Positions 18,575-27,859 of a stretch of 64,000 nt of DNA are shown here, piece after piece. The DNA is from an uncultured Pelagibacteraceae bacterium (lineage in GTDB: Bacteria; Pseudomonadota; Alphaproteobacteria; Pelagibacterales; AG-422-B15): positions 1,340 through 65,339 of the forward strand of contig CACNXQ010000005.1 in NCBI GenBank assembly GCA_902624455.1. Direction: 5' to 3'. How positions within the stretch are numbered: position 1 is the first letter of the stretch; each line of letters begins with the position of its first letter. The notes beneath the pieces are model-generated. The model worked only from the letters and a program-made list of their open reading frames with translations, was not told the DNA's origin and did no database searches. Position numbers and translations under genes: made by a program.

Positions 18575-19850
18575 TTTAACAATGCACTGGGCTGGCTTTG
18601 CAGCGCTTGCTATTTTTGTGACCTCATATGCCTTTGTGATGGCTGAAGAATTTACTCATTTGAGAAAATCAAAGCCAGTGGTTTTAGCGGCGGGCTTAAT
18701 ATGGGCTATAATAGCAATAGCCTATTCTGGAACGCCTCATTACGAAGTTGTAGAACATGAAATCAGACACAGTTTTCTTGAATATGCTGAATTAGCCTTT
18801 TTCCTATTAGTCGCGATGACTTATATAAATGCATTAGAAGAGAGAAATGTCTTTAATTCTCTTAAATCATGGTTAATCAAAAATCAATTCAGTTACAGAC
18901 AATTATTTTGGATTACAGGTATACTATCTTTTTTTCTTTCTCCTCTCGCTGATAACCTTACAACTGCTTTAGTAATGTGTGCTGTTGTGCTGTCTGTCGG
19001 AGCTTCCAGTCCAAAATTTGTAGGCATCGCTTGTATTAATATTGTAGTAGCAGCAAATGCTGGTGGTGCTTTTAGTCCTTTCGGAGATATCACTACATTA
19101 ATGGTATGGCAAGCTGGACAACTAGAATTTACTCAATTTTTTGCTTTAGTTATTCCATCAATCGTAAATTATTTAATTCCTGCAAGTATAATGCATTTCT
19201 TTGTTTCAGATCATAAACCAGAAATTGCAGAAAAAACTATACACATAAAATATGGCGGAAAGACACTTATAGTATTGGGTTTGCTTACTATCGCCACAGC
19301 TGTATCGTTTCACAACTTCCTTCATCTACCACCTGTTTTTGGAATGATGACGGGACTTGCATATCTTCAGCTTTATAGTTTTTATATTAAAATTAAAACT
19401 AGAGGTGTCGAAGAAAAAACTTATGACTTTTTTGAAAACGTCGCTAGAGTTGAATGGGACACATTACTATTTTTCTTTGGAGTAATTCTTGCCGTTGGTG
19501 GCTTAGGTTTTATTGGTTACCTTGAGTACGTTTCAAAATTTATGTACACTGATTTAGGTCCTACAGTTGCAAACACATTAGTTGGAATTCTATCTGCAAT
19601 TGTAGATAATATTCCTGTGATGTTTGCTGTTCTAACTATGGAACCTGCTATGTCAGATTCTCAATGGCTACTTGTTACTCTCACGGCTGGCGTAGGTGGT
19701 AGTATGCTTTCAATTGGATCAGCTGCAGGTGTAGCATTGATGGGGCAATCAAAAGGTCTCTATACTTTTTTTGGTCATTTAAAATGGACACCAATAATTG
19801 CAATTGGTTATTTTGCAAGTGTTTACTGTCATATACTTCTAAACTTTTAA
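18558..19850 (+). CDS. nhaD: NhaD/ArsB-superfamily ion transporter (putative Na+/H+ antiporter NhaD)
   Basis: 430 aa, 10 or more TM segments. NhaD-like blocks seen (FFLSPLADNLTTALVM, NAGGAFSPFGDITTLMVW, VDNIPVMFAVL). The ATG is preceded by AAGGA and lies 17 nt inside thiP. Confidence 0.72.
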   Translation: MEHSLNLTMHWAGFAALAIFVTSYAFVMAEEFTHLRKSKPVVLAAGLIWAIIAIAYSGTPHYEVVEHEIRHSFLEYAELAFFLLVAMTYINALEERNVFNSLKSWLIKNQFSYRQLFWITGILSFFLSPLADNLTTALVMCAVVLSVGASSPKFVGIACINIVVAANAGGAFSPFGDITTLMVWQAGQLEFTQFFALVIPSIVNYLIPASIMHFFVSDHKPEIAEKTIHIKYGGKTLIVLGLLTIATAVSFHNFLHLPPVFGMMTGLAYLQLYSFYIKIKTRGVEEKTYDFFENVARVEWDTLLFFFGVILAVGGLGFIGYLEYVSKFMYTDLGPTVANTLVGILSAIVDNIPVMFAVLTMEPAMSDSQWLLVTLTAGVGGSMLSIGSAAGVALMGQSKGLYTFFGHLKWTPIIAIGYFASVYCHILLNF

Positions 19851-19867
19851 TCTATAATTTTTATCTA

Positions 19868-20302
19868 ATGAGCAAAAAACTTAATATCCTATTTGCAACT
19901 GTTTATGGAAATGCTGAAAATGTAGCAAATAACATTAATAAAATTGCCATTGATAATTCATTTGTTTCCCAAGTGAATGAATTAAATGACGTTGATGCTA
20001 AAATGCTTCAGGAAATAGAAAATGTTATAATTGTATCGTCTACAACGGGTGAGGGAGAAATACCTGAAAATGGTGAGGATTTTTGGAATTTATTAGACAG
20101 CAATCCTGAACTAAATCACATTAATTATGGAGTCATTGCTTTGGGTGACAGATCGCATGATAATTTTTGTAATGCAGGAAAACTAATTGATGAAAAGATG
20201 TTAGCACTGAAAGCTAAACAAATTAGTCCAAGACTAGAATGTGATGGTGATACAGCGGGATCAGATGAATGGGCTGAATCATTTATAGATATGATAAAAT
20301 GA
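19868..20302 (+). CDS. MioC-type short flavodoxin
   Basis: Start at MSKKLNILFATVYGNAENVA (the track start at 19784 overlaps nhaD). Flavodoxin motifs ILFATVYGNAE, VSSTTGEGEIPENG, IALGDRSHDNFCNAGK. Confidence 0.75.
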   Translation: MSKKLNILFATVYGNAENVANNINKIAIDNSFVSQVNELNDVDAKMLQEIENVIIVSSTTGEGEIPENGEDFWNLLDSNPELNHINYGVIALGDRSHDNFCNAGKLIDEKMLALKAKQISPRLECDGDTAGSDEWAESFIDMIK

Positions 20303-20303
20303 C

Positions 20304-20852
20304 ATGTTTAAAAAATTTTATTTACTTGTAATTCTTTTGTTTATTTGGACTGAATCATCAATGTCGGAAAATGCACATGACTACTCATTTGTCTCTATTA
20401 ACGAGGAAGATAAAATAAATCTTTCTGACTTTAAGGGCAAGACTGTTGTAGTTGTAAATACTGCAAGTTTATGTGGTTTTACTTATCAATATAAAGGCCT
20501 CCAAGCTCTATACGAGAAATACATGGATAGAGGTCTTGTTGTAATTGGAGTTCCATCGAATGATTTTGGAAATCAAGAAAGTGGTGACAATGATCAAATA
20601 AAAGAATTTTGTGAAAGTACTTTTAATATTTCTTTTCCTCTAACAGAAAAATATATTGTTAAAGGTAGTGAAGCCCATCCTTTTTTTCAATGGACAAAAA
20701 AAGAACTTGGATCAGTTTCAGGTGTTCCAAGATGGAATTTCCACAAAATTATTATTGATAAAAATGGAAATGCAATCGCAGGATATACAGCTCTTACAAA
20801 GCCTGATTCAAAGAAATTCATGAAAAAAATTGAAGACATACTGTCTCTTTAA
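20304..20852 (+). CDS. Glutathione peroxidase (Cys-type), with signal-like N-terminus
   Basis: 182 aa. NTASLCGFT active-site Cys context, GVPSNDFGNQE, WNFHKIIIDKNG. Confidence 0.9.
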   Translation: MFKKFYLLVILLFIWTESSMSENAHDYSFVSINEEDKINLSDFKGKTVVVVNTASLCGFTYQYKGLQALYEKYMDRGLVVIGVPSNDFGNQESGDNDQIKEFCESTFNISFPLTEKYIVKGSEAHPFFQWTKKELGSVSGVPRWNFHKIIIDKNGNAIAGYTALTKPDSKKFMKKIEDILSL

Positions 20853-20871
20853 ATATTTTTTTTAAAATATT

Positions 20872-21009
20872 ATGCATAAGTCAAATCTGCCTTCAAAAAT
20901 TTGTTCTGTGTGTGGTCGTCCTTTTAATTGGAGGAAAAAATGGGAACGCGATTGGGAAAATGTGAAGTATTGCTCCAAAGCTTGTGCAAAGAAAAAAGTT
21001 AACATATGA
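20872..21009 (+). CDS. DUF2256-type zinc-ribbon mini-protein (45 aa)
   Basis: My own translation: [45 protein letters not shown]. Four Cys arranged CxxC...CxxxC. Its TGA overlaps the ATG of the downstream photolyase-family gene (ATATGA). It is below the 60-aa cutoff of the ORF track. Confidence 0.65.
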   Translation: MHKSNLPSKICSVCGRPFNWRKKWERDWENVKYCSKACAKKKVNI

Positions 21010-22487
21010 CAAAATCATTGTTTTTAATTTTAGGAAATCAGCTTTTTGATAAAGCCTATTTAGAGAAATTTAAAGACTCCACTTTCGTAATGATTGAAGA
21101 CTATGGTTTATGCACATACGAAAAACACCATAAACTGAAAATTCTTCATGTGCTTTCTTCTATGCGATCACATGCAGAGTCTTTAAAAAAAAATAAATAT
21201 AAGGTCGAATATATTTCGTGTGAGAAAGATTTTAGGCGACCTTATGAAGAAAAATTAACAAAAATTATTAAAAAAAATAAGGTCGAAAAAATTCTTTATT
21301 TTGAAATAGAAGATAAGCCTTTTGAGAAAAAAATTCATAAGTTATTAAAAAATCTCAAATTAAATAGTGAAACCATATCATCTCCTATGTTCATGAATAG
21401 TAGAAGTGATTTTAAAGAATATTTACGTGATCACAAAAAGCCTTTTATGGCAAGTTATTATAAAAGAAGTAGGCTCAAATATGACCTACTAATGGAAAAT
21501 GATAAACCGTTGGGTGGTAAATGGAGCTTTGATACAGAGAATAGGAAAAAATTACCCAGCTCAGTAAGTCTTCCAAGAAAAATTGGTGTCGAAGAAACTA
21601 AACATACAAAAGAATTAAAACCTTTTATAAATAAGCATTTTAAAACTCATCCTGGAACTACAGACCACTTATGGATACCTTCAACTCATAAAGATGCACA
21701 AATATGGCTCGATGATTTTATCAAAAATAAATTAGATTTATTTGGTGATTATGAAGATGCTGTAAGTCAAAGAGATAATGTTTTATTTCACAGCGCTCTT
21801 AGTCCATTGATAAATGTAGGTCTAATTACGCCAACACAAATAATTGACAAAATTAAAAAATTAAAAAGATCAGTAAAATTAAATTCTTTAGAAGGATATG
21901 TAAGACAGGTTATTGGATGGAGAGAATTTATGAGAGGTATCTATCAAGAATATTCACCTCAAATGGAAAAAGATAACTTTTTTAAGCATGATCGAAGACT
22001 TACATCAGCATGGTACAATGGGACCACAAACATCGAACCATTAGATCATTCAATCAAAAATGCTATTAAATACGGTTGGACACATCATATAGAAAGATTA
22101 ATGATCATTTCTTCTTTAATGAACTTATGTGAAATTAAACCTACATTAGTTTACAAATGGTTTATGGAAATGTTTATAGACTCATCTGAGTGGGTTATGG
22201 TTCCAAATGTATATGGCATGGGTCTTTTCAGTGACGGAGGTATTTTTGCTACAAAACCATATATTTGTGGTTCAAGCTACTACCTCAAAATGATGGATTT
22301 TAAAAAAGATGAATGGTGTGAAACAGTCGATGGCTTATATTGGCGATTTATAAATAAAAATAGAAAGTTTTTTTCAAAAAATCCGAGACTCAATATGATG
22401 GTCAGTGTCTATGATAAAATGAACTCTGAAAGAAAAAAAAGGATATTAAAGAAAGCAAACAATTTTATTAATACCTACACTTCTTAG
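21006..22487 (+). CDS. Cryptochrome/photolyase-family protein, COG3046 (FeS-BCP / bacterial (6-4) photolyase-like) class
   Basis: 493 aa. N-terminal LILGNQLF...[14 protein letters not shown]-terminal FAD-binding-domain blocks [54 protein letters not shown]. Confidence 0.85.
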   Translation: MTKSLFLILGNQLFDKAYLEKFKDSTFVMIEDYGLCTYEKHHKLKILHVLSSMRSHAESLKKNKYKVEYISCEKDFRRPYEEKLTKIIKKNKVEKILYFEIEDKPFEKKIHKLLKNLKLNSETISSPMFMNSRSDFKEYLRDHKKPFMASYYKRSRLKYDLLMENDKPLGGKWSFDTENRKKLPSSVSLPRKIGVEETKHTKELKPFINKHFKTHPGTTDHLWIPSTHKDAQIWLDDFIKNKLDLFGDYEDAVSQRDNVLFHSALSPLINVGLITPTQIIDKIKKLKRSVKLNSLEGYVRQVIGWREFMRGIYQEYSPQMEKDNFFKHDRRLTSAWYNGTTNIEPLDHSIKNAIKYGWTHHIERLMIISSLMNLCEIKPTLVYKWFMEMFIDSSEWVMVPNVYGMGLFSDGGIFATKPYICGSSYYLKMMDFKKDEWCETVDGLYWRFINKNRKFFSKNPRLNMMVSVYDKMNSERKKRILKKANNFINTYTS

Positions 22488-22563
22488 TGGCGGTCCCTAC
22501 GGGATTCGAACCCGTGATCTTCTGGATGAAAACCAGATATCCTAACCGCTAGACGAAGGGACC
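22488..22563 (-). tRNA. tRNA-Glu (TTC)
   Basis: Reverse complement GGTCCCTTCGTCTAGCGGTTAGGATATCTGGTTTTCATCCAGAAGATCACGGGTTCGAATCCCGTAGGGACCGCCA. Anticodon loop TTTTCAT. Confidence 0.94.
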
Positions 22564-22573
22564 ATATCTTGTT

Positions 22574-22601
22574 TATATAATAAAATTATACTCTAAATCA
22601 A
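22574..22601 (-). promoter_or_regulatory. Candidate promoter for tRNA-Glu
   Basis: Minus strand: TTGATT (22601-22596), 16-nt spacer, TATATA (22579-22574), 10 nt before the tRNA 5' end. Pattern match only. Confidence 0.3.
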
Positions 22602-22608
22602 TGATTGA

Positions 22609-24384
22609 TTAAGCAATTGTAGATGCAATATCTTCAATATGAAATTGAGGTATTTTTCTTCCTCCCCATTCATTTACTTTAATTTTACCTATTAGAGATA
22701 CAGATTTGCCTTCATTTTCATATAATTGTTCACCAAGCGAGGTTGATACACTTCTAAAAGCAAGGCACTCCGTAAACTTCCCATTTTCAGATCTGCCTAA
22801 ACATTTAAGGTGATCGCTACCAATCTTCTTTAATGATGTAATTTTGACGTTATCAATAAAAAAAATTGGTTCTGGGTTTTCTGATCCATATGGTCCTAAA
22901 CTTTCTACTTCATTAAAAACCTCAATATTAATTGCAGACGCACTTAATTTCATATCAAGATAGGATAACTGATGATCTTCATGATCATTTTTGTGAACTA
23001 GTTTGGTATTAAGATAATTGATTAATTCAGGTATTTTATCTTTATTTAATGTCATACCAGCGGCCATAGCATGACCTCCGCCTTTATCTAAAATACCATT
23101 TTGATTAGCACTGATAATCATATTGCCTAAATCAATACCTTTAACTGATCTACCACTACCTTTGGCAATGCCATCATTTACCGATAAAACAATTGCCGGC
23201 TTGTTGTACTTGTCTTTTAATCGACTTGCTATAATTCCAATTACACCTTCATGCCATCCTTCATCGTATACAACAATAATCTTGCTCTCCTTCATTTCAG
23301 CATTTACTTGCTGCTTAGCCATTTCATAAACATGGTTTTCGATCGTTTTTCTCTCAAGGTTAAACTTTTCAAGTTCAGAGGAAATTTTCTGAGCCTTGTT
23401 TCGATCATTTGAAATTAATAAATCCACTCCAAAGTTTGATTTTCCTATTCTTCCTGCAGCATTGATTCTTGGCCCGAGCTTAAAACTTAGATCATAAACT
23501 GATACTTTTTGATTAATCTCAGCAATATCTATGAGAGCGTTTAAACCGTGGTTTTTTCTTTTCTGAATTACTTCAAGGCCTTTAATGACCATCAATCTAT
23601 TTATGCCTTTAAGTGGCACTGAGTCACAAATAGTACCTAAAGCAATTAGATCTAAAAAAGCTATAAGATTTGGCTCTTCTAATTTGTTAGAGATAAACCA
23701 GTTTTCACTCCGTAATTTTCTATTTAAACTTATTAAAAACATAAAACTTACTCCCACAGCAGCAAGATAGCCAAGCTGGGAGTCGTCATCAAATCGATTT
23801 GGGTTTATAAATGCAAATGCTTCTGGATATTTTGCTTCAGGTTGATGATGATCTAATACAATAACATCTAATCCTTCCTCTTTGGCGAATTCCATTTCAC
23901 TGTACGACATCGTTCCACAATCAACTGTAAATATTAATTTCACATTTTCCTGAGAAAATTTTTTAAATACCTCTTTATTAGGTCCATATCCCTCAGTAAA
24001 TCTATTAGGAATATGAAAGTTGACACTTACTCCTAGACTTTGAAAATACTTTACTATCATAGCTACTGAGGTTGAGCCATCAACGTCGTAGTCACCAAGG
24101 ACAGCAATATTCTCAGATTTTTTTAGTGCCTCAAACGTTCTATCGCTAGCTTTAACCATATCAGACATAATTGATGGATTTGGTAAGTTATCCTTAAGTG
24201 TTGGGTTGATATAGTTATTTACTTCATTGCTCGAAATATTCCTCGAACTTAGTAAGGTCGCCATAAAAGAACTCAGATCGTATTGTTCAGTTATAGTCTG
24301 GATCAATCTTTGATTATTTTTTTTAAACTTCCAATGTCTTTTTGTAAGTGATGTTACGATTTGGTCTTCTAGCACATTTGACAT
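22609..24384 (-). CDS. recJ: Single-stranded-DNA-specific exonuclease RecJ
   Basis: 591 aa. DHH-family motifs LGDYDVDGSTS, TVDCG, VLDHHQP, and DHHA1 GGGHAMAAG. Confidence 0.93.
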   Translation of the reverse strand: MSNVLEDQIVTSLTKRHWKFKKNNQRLIQTITEQYDLSSFMATLLSSRNISSNEVNNYINPTLKDNLPNPSIMSDMVKASDRTFEALKKSENIAVLGDYDVDGSTSVAMIVKYFQSLGVSVNFHIPNRFTEGYGPNKEVFKKFSQENVKLIFTVDCGTMSYSEMEFAKEEGLDVIVLDHHQPEAKYPEAFAFINPNRFDDDSQLGYLAAVGVSFMFLISLNRKLRSENWFISNKLEEPNLIAFLDLIALGTICDSVPLKGINRLMVIKGLEVIQKRKNHGLNALIDIAEINQKVSVYDLSFKLGPRINAAGRIGKSNFGVDLLISNDRNKAQKISSELEKFNLERKTIENHVYEMAKQQVNAEMKESKIIVVYDEGWHEGVIGIIASRLKDKYNKPAIVLSVNDGIAKGSGRSVKGIDLGNMIISANQNGILDKGGGHAMAAGMTLNKDKIPELINYLNTKLVHKNDHEDHQLSYLDMKLSASAINIEVFNEVESLGPYGSENPEPIFFIDNVKITSLKKIGSDHLKCLGRSENGKFTECLAFRSVSTSLGEQLYENEGKSVSLIGKIKVNEWGGRKIPQFHIEDIASTIA

Positions 24385-24389
24385 TTGAG

Positions 24390-25337
24390 TCAGATCAAAT
24401 GATGTGTCTCAATATATTGAGATGGAGCATTACTCGTTCTTAAAACCAAGGAATGAGTTACATAATGATTATTCAATTTTCTTATACCCTTCACCATTGT
24501 TCCTTCTGTAACACCTGTTGCTGAGAATATAATATCTCCAGAAGCCAATTCATTGAGATGATATTTTTTATTTAAATCTGAGATGCCTATCTTAGTTGCT
24601 CTCTCTTTCTCATCATCATTATTTATTACCAACCTGGCTTGCATTTGTCCTCCGATACATTGTAAAGCAGCAGCAGCAAGAACGCCTTCAGGAGCTCCTC
24701 CAATACCCATGTATACATCTACCATACTATGTGATTGTGTTGTCATTATTACTCCAGCAACATCACCATCTGGAATCAATACTATTTTTGAACCTATAGA
24801 TCTGAGTGATTCTATTATTTCTTGGTGTCTTGGACGCTCCAAGACACATGCAGTAATTTCATTTGGTTTAACTTTTTTTGCTTGAGCAAGGCTTTTGATA
24901 TTATCCTCAACGGATGCATCAAGATCAATTACTTCATCTGAAAAACTTCCTCCAACAGCTATTTTATTCATATATGTGTCAGGAGCATATAGTAATCCAC
25001 CTTTTTGTGATGCGGCGATAACTGCTAATGAATTCGGCATACCTTTGGCTGTTATTGTTGTCCCTTCAAGTGGATCAAGAGCTATATCCACCTCATGATT
25101 ATTTCCGGTGCCAACTTCTTCACCAATATATAGCATTGGTGCCTCATCTCTCTCACCCTCCCCAATTACAATTCTTCCCTTGAAGTCAATTTCATTTAAG
25201 GCATTTCTCATCGAGTCGACTGCAGCTTGATCCGCAAGTTTTTCATTTCCAAGGCCAATGAGCTGGGATGCTGCAATTGCAGCTTTTTCTGTTGCATTAA
25301 CTATACCTGATGCATATTGATTTGAAATAATAGTCAT
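24390..25337 (-). CDS. glpX: Fructose-1,6-bisphosphatase class II (GlpX)
   Basis: 315 aa. GEGERDEAPMLYIGE, DIALDPLEGT, GIGGAPEGVLAAAAL. Confidence 0.93.
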   Translation of the reverse strand: MTIISNQYASGIVNATEKAAIAASQLIGLGNEKLADQAAVDSMRNALNEIDFKGRIVIGEGERDEAPMLYIGEEVGTGNNHEVDIALDPLEGTTITAKGMPNSLAVIAASQKGGLLYAPDTYMNKIAVGGSFSDEVIDLDASVEDNIKSLAQAKKVKPNEITACVLERPRHQEIIESLRSIGSKIVLIPDGDVAGVIMTTQSHSMVDVYMGIGGAPEGVLAAAALQCIGGQMQARLVINNDDEKERATKIGISDLNKKYHLNELASGDIIFSATGVTEGTMVKGIRKLNNHYVTHSLVLRTSNAPSQYIETHHLI

Positions 25338-26623
25338 ATTGAATTCTCAATTCTTATAAATTTCACTGAAGAACCAACGTCCTTAATTTTTCTAATTTTT
25401 TTAATTGCTGATAATAACATTGATTCTTTTGTTTTGTGTAATACTAGAATTATTTCAGCATTTTGAGTTTGTACTGGTGGATTCTGAATGATGCTTTCAA
25501 TGGAAATTTTCTGACTTGAAAGGGCTTTTGAAATCTTTGCAAGAACCCCTGGTTTATCTTTAGCTTTAATTCTTAGATAATAAGAAAATGATAAATCTTC
25601 TATATTATCTATTTTAGCCTTTAGCTTTTTTGATATTGCAGTGCCTAATGGAAGATTTCTCGTTCCTCGTAGAATATCCATTAAATCACTTAGAACAGAT
25701 GCCCCAGTAGGACCTGATCCTGCTCCAGGACCTTGAAAAATATTTTTACCAATTGACTTATCTTGCACAATTATTGCATTTGTTTCATCAACAACCTTAG
25801 CAACGTCAGAGCTTTTTTTTATAAAACATGGATGAACTCTCTGTTGCACGCTATTTTTAGATATAGATGCCATTGCGATTAATCTTATGGTATAGCCGAG
25901 TTCTCTCGCATACTTAAAATCGGCGGAATCGATTTTTGAAATTCCTTCGATAAAAGTCGATTTAAAATCTAATTTCACATTGAAAGCCAGACTTGATAAA
26001 ATAACAATTTTATGTGCAGCATCTATTCCGTTGATATCAAATGATGGGTCGATTTCAGCAAATCCTTTATTTTGTGCATCTTTTAGAATGTCTTTAAAAT
26101 CACCTTTGTCATTTTCCATTTTTGTAAGAATATAATTACAGGTACCATTAAGAATTCCATATATTTTATAAATATTATTATATCTCAAATTTTCACGAAC
26201 AGCTTTTACAATTGGAATACCACCAGCAACAGCTGCCTCATAATTTAATGATACATTATTTTTTTCAGCAATTTGTGCTAGTTCATTACCATGAACTGCT
26301 AGGAGAGCTTTATTTGCTGTTATGACGTGTTTTTTATTTTTGAGCGACTCTCTTATTAATTTATAAGCAACTCCTGAAGATCCACCAATGAGTTCTATCA
26401 CAATATCTATATTTTTATCTTTTGCTAGACTGAGTGTGTTTGTTGTAATTGGCAAGTTTGATAATTTAATATTTCTTTTTTTCCTGATGTTTTTTACTGC
26501 TATCTTTGAAATCTTTATGTTTGCTATCTTTTGTGAGTTTGATTTAAATTTAAGTATTTGGTTTACAAAACCAGTTCCAACAGTTCCCAAGCCAGCAATA
26601 CCTACGGAATAAGTTTTATTCAT
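25334..26623 (-). CDS. hom: Homoserine dehydrogenase
   Basis: 429 aa. N-terminal NAD-binding GIAGLGTVG, catalytic-domain LNGTCNYILT, C-terminal ACT domain. Confidence 0.92.
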   Translation of the reverse strand: MNKTYSVGIAGLGTVGTGFVNQILKFKSNSQKIANIKISKIAVKNIRKKRNIKLSNLPITTNTLSLAKDKNIDIVIELIGGSSGVAYKLIRESLKNKKHVITANKALLAVHGNELAQIAEKNNVSLNYEAAVAGGIPIVKAVRENLRYNNIYKIYGILNGTCNYILTKMENDKGDFKDILKDAQNKGFAEIDPSFDINGIDAAHKIVILSSLAFNVKLDFKSTFIEGISKIDSADFKYARELGYTIRLIAMASISKNSVQQRVHPCFIKKSSDVAKVVDETNAIIVQDKSIGKNIFQGPGAGSGPTGASVLSDLMDILRGTRNLPLGTAISKKLKAKIDNIEDLSFSYYLRIKAKDKPGVLAKISKALSSQKISIESIIQNPPVQTQNAEIILVLHKTKESMLLSAIKKIRKIKDVGSSVKFIRIENSI

Positions 26624-26813
26624 TGATGATTACTTTCTCTGGGACACTTTCAATATCAGGTTTTTGTGCTGATTGAGATGTATCTTTTGACATCTGATCT
26701 ACTTCTGGATTTATGAACATTTCATAAAAAGAATATTTTTCAATGTAGCTGCAACTTAATAGACATATACTCCATGCTGAAATCAGTAATATTTTTAAAT
26801 AATTTAATATCAT
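26616..26813 (-). CDS. Small putative lipoprotein (65 aa)
   Basis: Signal peptide with lipobox (LLISAWSICLLS-C-S). Its ATG overlaps the argC stop (4 nt) and its stop overlaps the hom start (8 nt), consistent with translational coupling. No family recognised. Confidence 0.45.
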   Translation of the reverse strand: MILNYLKILLISAWSICLLSCSYIEKYSFYEMFINPEVDQMSKDTSQSAQKPDIESVPEKVIINE

Positions 26814-27823
26814 TTAATTCCTAAGTTTTCAGTAAAACCATTCATAACATTAAAGTTTTGCATAGCTTGACCAGCTGCACCTTTCAATAAGTTGTCAATC
26901 ACACTAACAATACAAATCATGTTACTTTTATATCCTTTTTTAATTCCAATTAACAAATTATTTGTATTTATTACGTCTTTTGTTTCTGGAATTTGATTCA
27001 TATCAAGCACTTTAATGAACTGCTCATCTGAAAACCTATCCTTTATTGTTTTATATATGCCATCAATGTAATCATCGCTACACTTAAGATATATGTTTGA
27101 CAATATGCCTCTTTCAACAGGTATTAAATTTGCAGAAAAAAATATTTCACAATTACCACCTGAACTAAATTTTGATAATTCCTGATTAATCTCAGCAATA
27201 TGCTTATGATCACCTATGCCATAAGATTTTATATTTTCATTAACCTCATCAACGAGACTTTGCTTAGTTTTAGTCTTGCCCGCTCCAGAATAACCTGATT
27301 TGGCATCAACTATTATATTTTTGAAATCTATGAGATTTGTCTCTGCTAAAGCTAACAAAGGAATTAGTACACTAGTTGCATAACATCCTGGATTTGCAAT
27401 GTGTTTTGAGATTTTAATTTTATCTCTATTAAATTCTGTTAAACCGTAATGAAAGTTAACAATTTCACCATTACTCTCATGATCAATTTCATACCAACTC
27501 TTATAGTCTGATAAGTTGCTGAGCCTAAAATCTATAGATAAATCAATTATTCTAATACCTGTATCAATATTTTTGATAGCTTTATGCATTTGACCATTCG
27601 GTAAACAATTAAATATAAAGTCTACATTTGATAAATCTATATTTTTAAATTTTTCGAATTTAATTTTTGTCTTTCTGTTATCTTTCAATTCAAAATCAAT
27701 ATCTTGACCAACTGACGAATTAGCAGAAAGACCTGATATATTTACTTCGGGGTGATTAGCGCAAAGTTTAAGCAATTCTTGGCCTACATAACCACTTGCA
27801 CCATATATAACGATGTTTTTCAC
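26810..27823 (-). CDS. argC: N-acetyl-gamma-glutamyl-phosphate reductase
   Basis: 337 aa. IYGASGYVGQEL NAD motif and catalytic-Cys context ANPGCYATS. Confidence 0.92.
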   Translation of the reverse strand: MKNIVIYGASGYVGQELLKLCANHPEVNISGLSANSSVGQDIDFELKDNRKTKIKFEKFKNIDLSNVDFIFNCLPNGQMHKAIKNIDTGIRIIDLSIDFRLSNLSDYKSWYEIDHESNGEIVNFHYGLTEFNRDKIKISKHIANPGCYATSVLIPLLALAETNLIDFKNIIVDAKSGYSGAGKTKTKQSLVDEVNENIKSYGIGDHKHIAEINQELSKFSSGGNCEIFFSANLIPVERGILSNIYLKCSDDYIDGIYKTIKDRFSDEQFIKVLDMNQIPETKDVINTNNLLIGIKKGYKSNMICIVSVIDNLLKGAAGQAMQNFNVMNGFTENLGIK

Positions 27824-27859
27824 AGCTTTACTATAAATGTTATTAAAAAAAAGAGAGTT

